Assembly (NCBI RefSeq): GCF_009914755.1
Contig: NC_060940.1
Length of the DNA stretch: 64,000 nucleotides
Direction: 5' to 3' (one strand)
From: the human T2T-CHM13v2.0 reference genome, Homo sapiens
A program made the translations under genes and the position numbers. A model generated the notes under the pieces. It made no database searches. It worked only from the letters and a program-made list of their open reading frames with translations, and was not told where the DNA came from. Within the stretch, counting starts at the first letter, position 1, and every line of letters begins with the position of its first letter. Positions 58,573 through 64,000 of the stretch are shown here, piece by piece.

Positions 58573-59069
58573 GTATGAGGTTCTTCCTGCCATCCTGCCA
58601 TCATTTGTTTTTTATGTTTTGTCGCCAAAAGTGACCTTGAGGAACCCTGGGAGCTCAGGAAGGAAGGAGCGCCCAGAAGCAGGGACAGGGAGCTGGTTGG
58701 GGAGGACCAGAAATCAGGTTTGTGAAGGTTCCAGAGAGGACCTGGCCTTGGGAGGAGCGTGGGGGACTGAGATGGGGGAGGGGTCATTGGGATGATGCGG
58801 GCGCTACTTGGAATGTCCATTGTGAGGCACCACCGGGGTCATCAGGGATTGGTGGAGAGAGAGTCTAAAGCCCCAGGGTTGCTAAGGGAGGGCCCAGACC
58901 GAAGAAGGTTTGGTGGAAAGCAGAACCTTTGTCTCCCTCTAATTGCTCCTAAGCCTCACGCTCCCTTGCCCCGCGTGTCCTGTTGCTTCCCTGATCTTCT
59001 CCGTGACCTGTAGCTAAACCTTCCACCAGCGCTTGAGAACTTAATTTGAACCGGATCCTTTCCCAGACC

Positions 59070-59270
59070 CCTTTCTTCTTCTCCTCCTCCTCCTCCCCAA
59101 CAGCCCCCTTCTCCTCCTTTCCCTTCCCTTACTTCCCCCCTTCCCCTCCCCCTCCCCTCCCCCTCCCCAACTCAGATCCGGCCCGGTCCCCGTCCCCTTC
59201 CCTCCCCCCTGCCCTAAGCCACCTCCACCTCTGTCCTGGCCACCTCCGGGTGCCCTGAAAGGACCAGGAC
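59070..59270 (+). promoter_or_regulatory. Pyrimidine/GC-rich putative promoter of the NPIP alternative first exon
   Basis: CT-rich stretch with clustered CpGs immediately before ATG 59271. Confidence 0.45.
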
Positions 59271-59345
59271 ATGCGGGTGCGGTGGCTGCTCTTTTGGCTC
59301 CTCTTTTGGCTCCTGCTGGGATTTATCAGCCATCAGTCCACCTGT
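59271..59345 (+). CDS. NPIPA1: NPIP alternative first exon encoding a signal-peptide-like N-terminus (second donor at 59414)
   Basis: MRVRWLLFWLLFWLLLGFISHQSTC then gtgagt; phase 0, compatible with exon 2; resembles NPIPB 'MRLRFWLLIWLLLGFISHQ' starts. Confidence 0.65.
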
Positions 59346-59484
59346 GTGAGTAGATGGGTGCTGTGGCTGCTCTTTTGGCTCCTGCTGGGATTTATCAGCC
59401 ATCAGTCCACCTGTGTGAGTAGACGCTGGACCCGCGGGGTTTCTTCCTTTTTACTGGGCTGTGTCACGTGGCATGAAATTACAC

Positions 59485-62625
<3,141 letters not shown>

Positions 62626-62865
62626 CTTTATACCAAGAAAGACAACACCCCACATTTGCAATGCCTAAAAACACTACCAGCCATCTGAAAAACATGAGAC
62701 TTCTCTAACTTCTGTTCTTTTTTGTAGCAGTGGAATCCCACGGTGATATCTGAGGGATGTGGTTACCTTTTGGAGGAGGTTGACGGTTTCTAAGGATGAT
62801 TCTTTCTGAGTGAAATATTGTCAGTGTCATTGACCTTTTCATTATTTCAACTATTATTATTCCAG

Positions 62866-62994
62866 GTTATCAATACTCTGGCTGACCATCGTCATCGTGG
62901 GACTGACTTTGGTGGAAGTCCTTGGTTACTTATCATTACTGTGTTTCTGAGAAGTTATAAATTTGCCATCTCCCTCTGCACAAGTTACCTTTGT
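62866..62994 (+). CDS. NPIPA1: NPIPA exon 2 (hydrophobic segment); gene continues beyond the window
   Basis: ttccag acceptor; [43 protein letters not shown]; gtgagt donor; 129 nt, phase 0/0. Confidence 0.92.
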
Positions 62995-64000
62995 GTGAGT
63001 ATACTAACTTTCTGTAGAGGTATACTTGTAATCACAAATAAGAATAAATTATATGAAACAATTCACGTTTCTGGACTTCATTATGAATATGTGGTTTTAC
63101 CCAAAAAATCAGGGAAATGATTTATTAGCATAAGAATTATGAAAATATCTGCCATTTACATTATGAAAATTAAATAGGTCGGTGTTTAATAGAATGTCAA
63201 CAGAGCTTTTGGTCAAAAATAAGTTTTTTTAACCTTTGTGCTATTTGTCACAAATGGAGTATGAGATTTCGTCACTTAAATGGGAAAGTCTTTCTAAACT
63301 CTTCTGCTTTATAGTTCTATCGTATGGGTGGAAGGAAAGCTTCCAATCTCCTCTCTGAAGATTCACTGCAGAAATGAGCTGACAACAGACAGCTTAACAG
63401 GAAAAGAAAAACATAGAACAGGCATAAACATGGGAACCAGCTGAAAAATGAGACTGCTAGAAGGGCTGGATGGTTGATGCTTAAAGAGCACCCTCTTCTG
63501 AGGGTAGAGGGAGATAGATGGAGATGTAGGCCATTTAGAGGGTCAGCAAATGATTTTTAGGGGAAATGAAAGAGCCCAAGGAACAAACAGTTGGCCTGAG
63601 ACAAAGTTCCTCTGAGGTCATAGGGACGAGGTGACAAACTGCCGGAAGGTGAAGGGCAGAACTGCACTGCGTCTCATGATGCAGAGAAAGCCCCAGAGAA
63701 TCTCTTAGAACTGCCCTCCAAGAGAATCAATGAAAAGTGTGTCTGGGCAGGGTAATTTTGAATGACATCATTCAAAGTGCATGTTCCCACTTGCAACTGG
63801 AGAGAGATCCGTATGTCAAAAGTCTGTACTTGGTAAGAATTTGGCTGCTAAGTTGTGGCATAATTTGTCTTTTGAGCCTTTTTTCCTTTGGGTAAGTTGA
63901 GCTCTACATTTTGTCTTGCCATTCATGACAGTAAAAATGTGGTTGTGTGGGGGCTGAACCTCCTTCTGAACAATGATCCAAGATAAAAGTACTAATACCA

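Noticed and set aside
63290-63900. Possible ERV1-type LTR fragment in NPIP intron 2
   Set aside because: Only a vague motif resemblance; could not assign family or boundaries without RepeatMasker

Overview
Primate (almost certainly human) genomic DNA from the chromosome 16p13.1 segmental-duplication mosaic; all genes are on the + strand. (1) 1-14.56 kb holds the last seven exons and 3' UTR of a NOMO gene (the 'LQGVRALGQ' C-terminus points to NOMO1). (2) 14.6-28.4 kb is a repeat-rich spacer carrying MIR3179 and MIR3670. (3) ~28.5-56.8 kb is an unprocessed PKD1 pseudogene (most likely PKD1P3): CpG-island promoter with MIR3180, exons 1-14, a stub of exon 15, exons 17-32 and part of 33, MIR6511A, MIR6770 and a ~3.2 kb pyrimidine tract. 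(4) 56.8-64 kb is the start of the LCR16a core, an NPIPA gene (NPIPA1-type exon 1, a tandemly duplicated alternative first exon, exon 2). Highlights: a lesion-free PKD1 frame across exons 23-30 whose exon-30 donor is in phase with NPIP exon 2 (candidate polycystin-TM/PLAT-NPIP fusion protein); a deletion junction whose templated duplication creates an in-frame splice donor; a latent NOMO2-type C-terminal exon one base away from activation; and several pseudogene lesions that match PKD1 disease alleles. Paralog names and PKD1 c./p. numbering come from recalled reference sequences and summed exon lengths, not from a database search. Repeat boundaries are approximate. Most ORFs in the supplied track are spurious.
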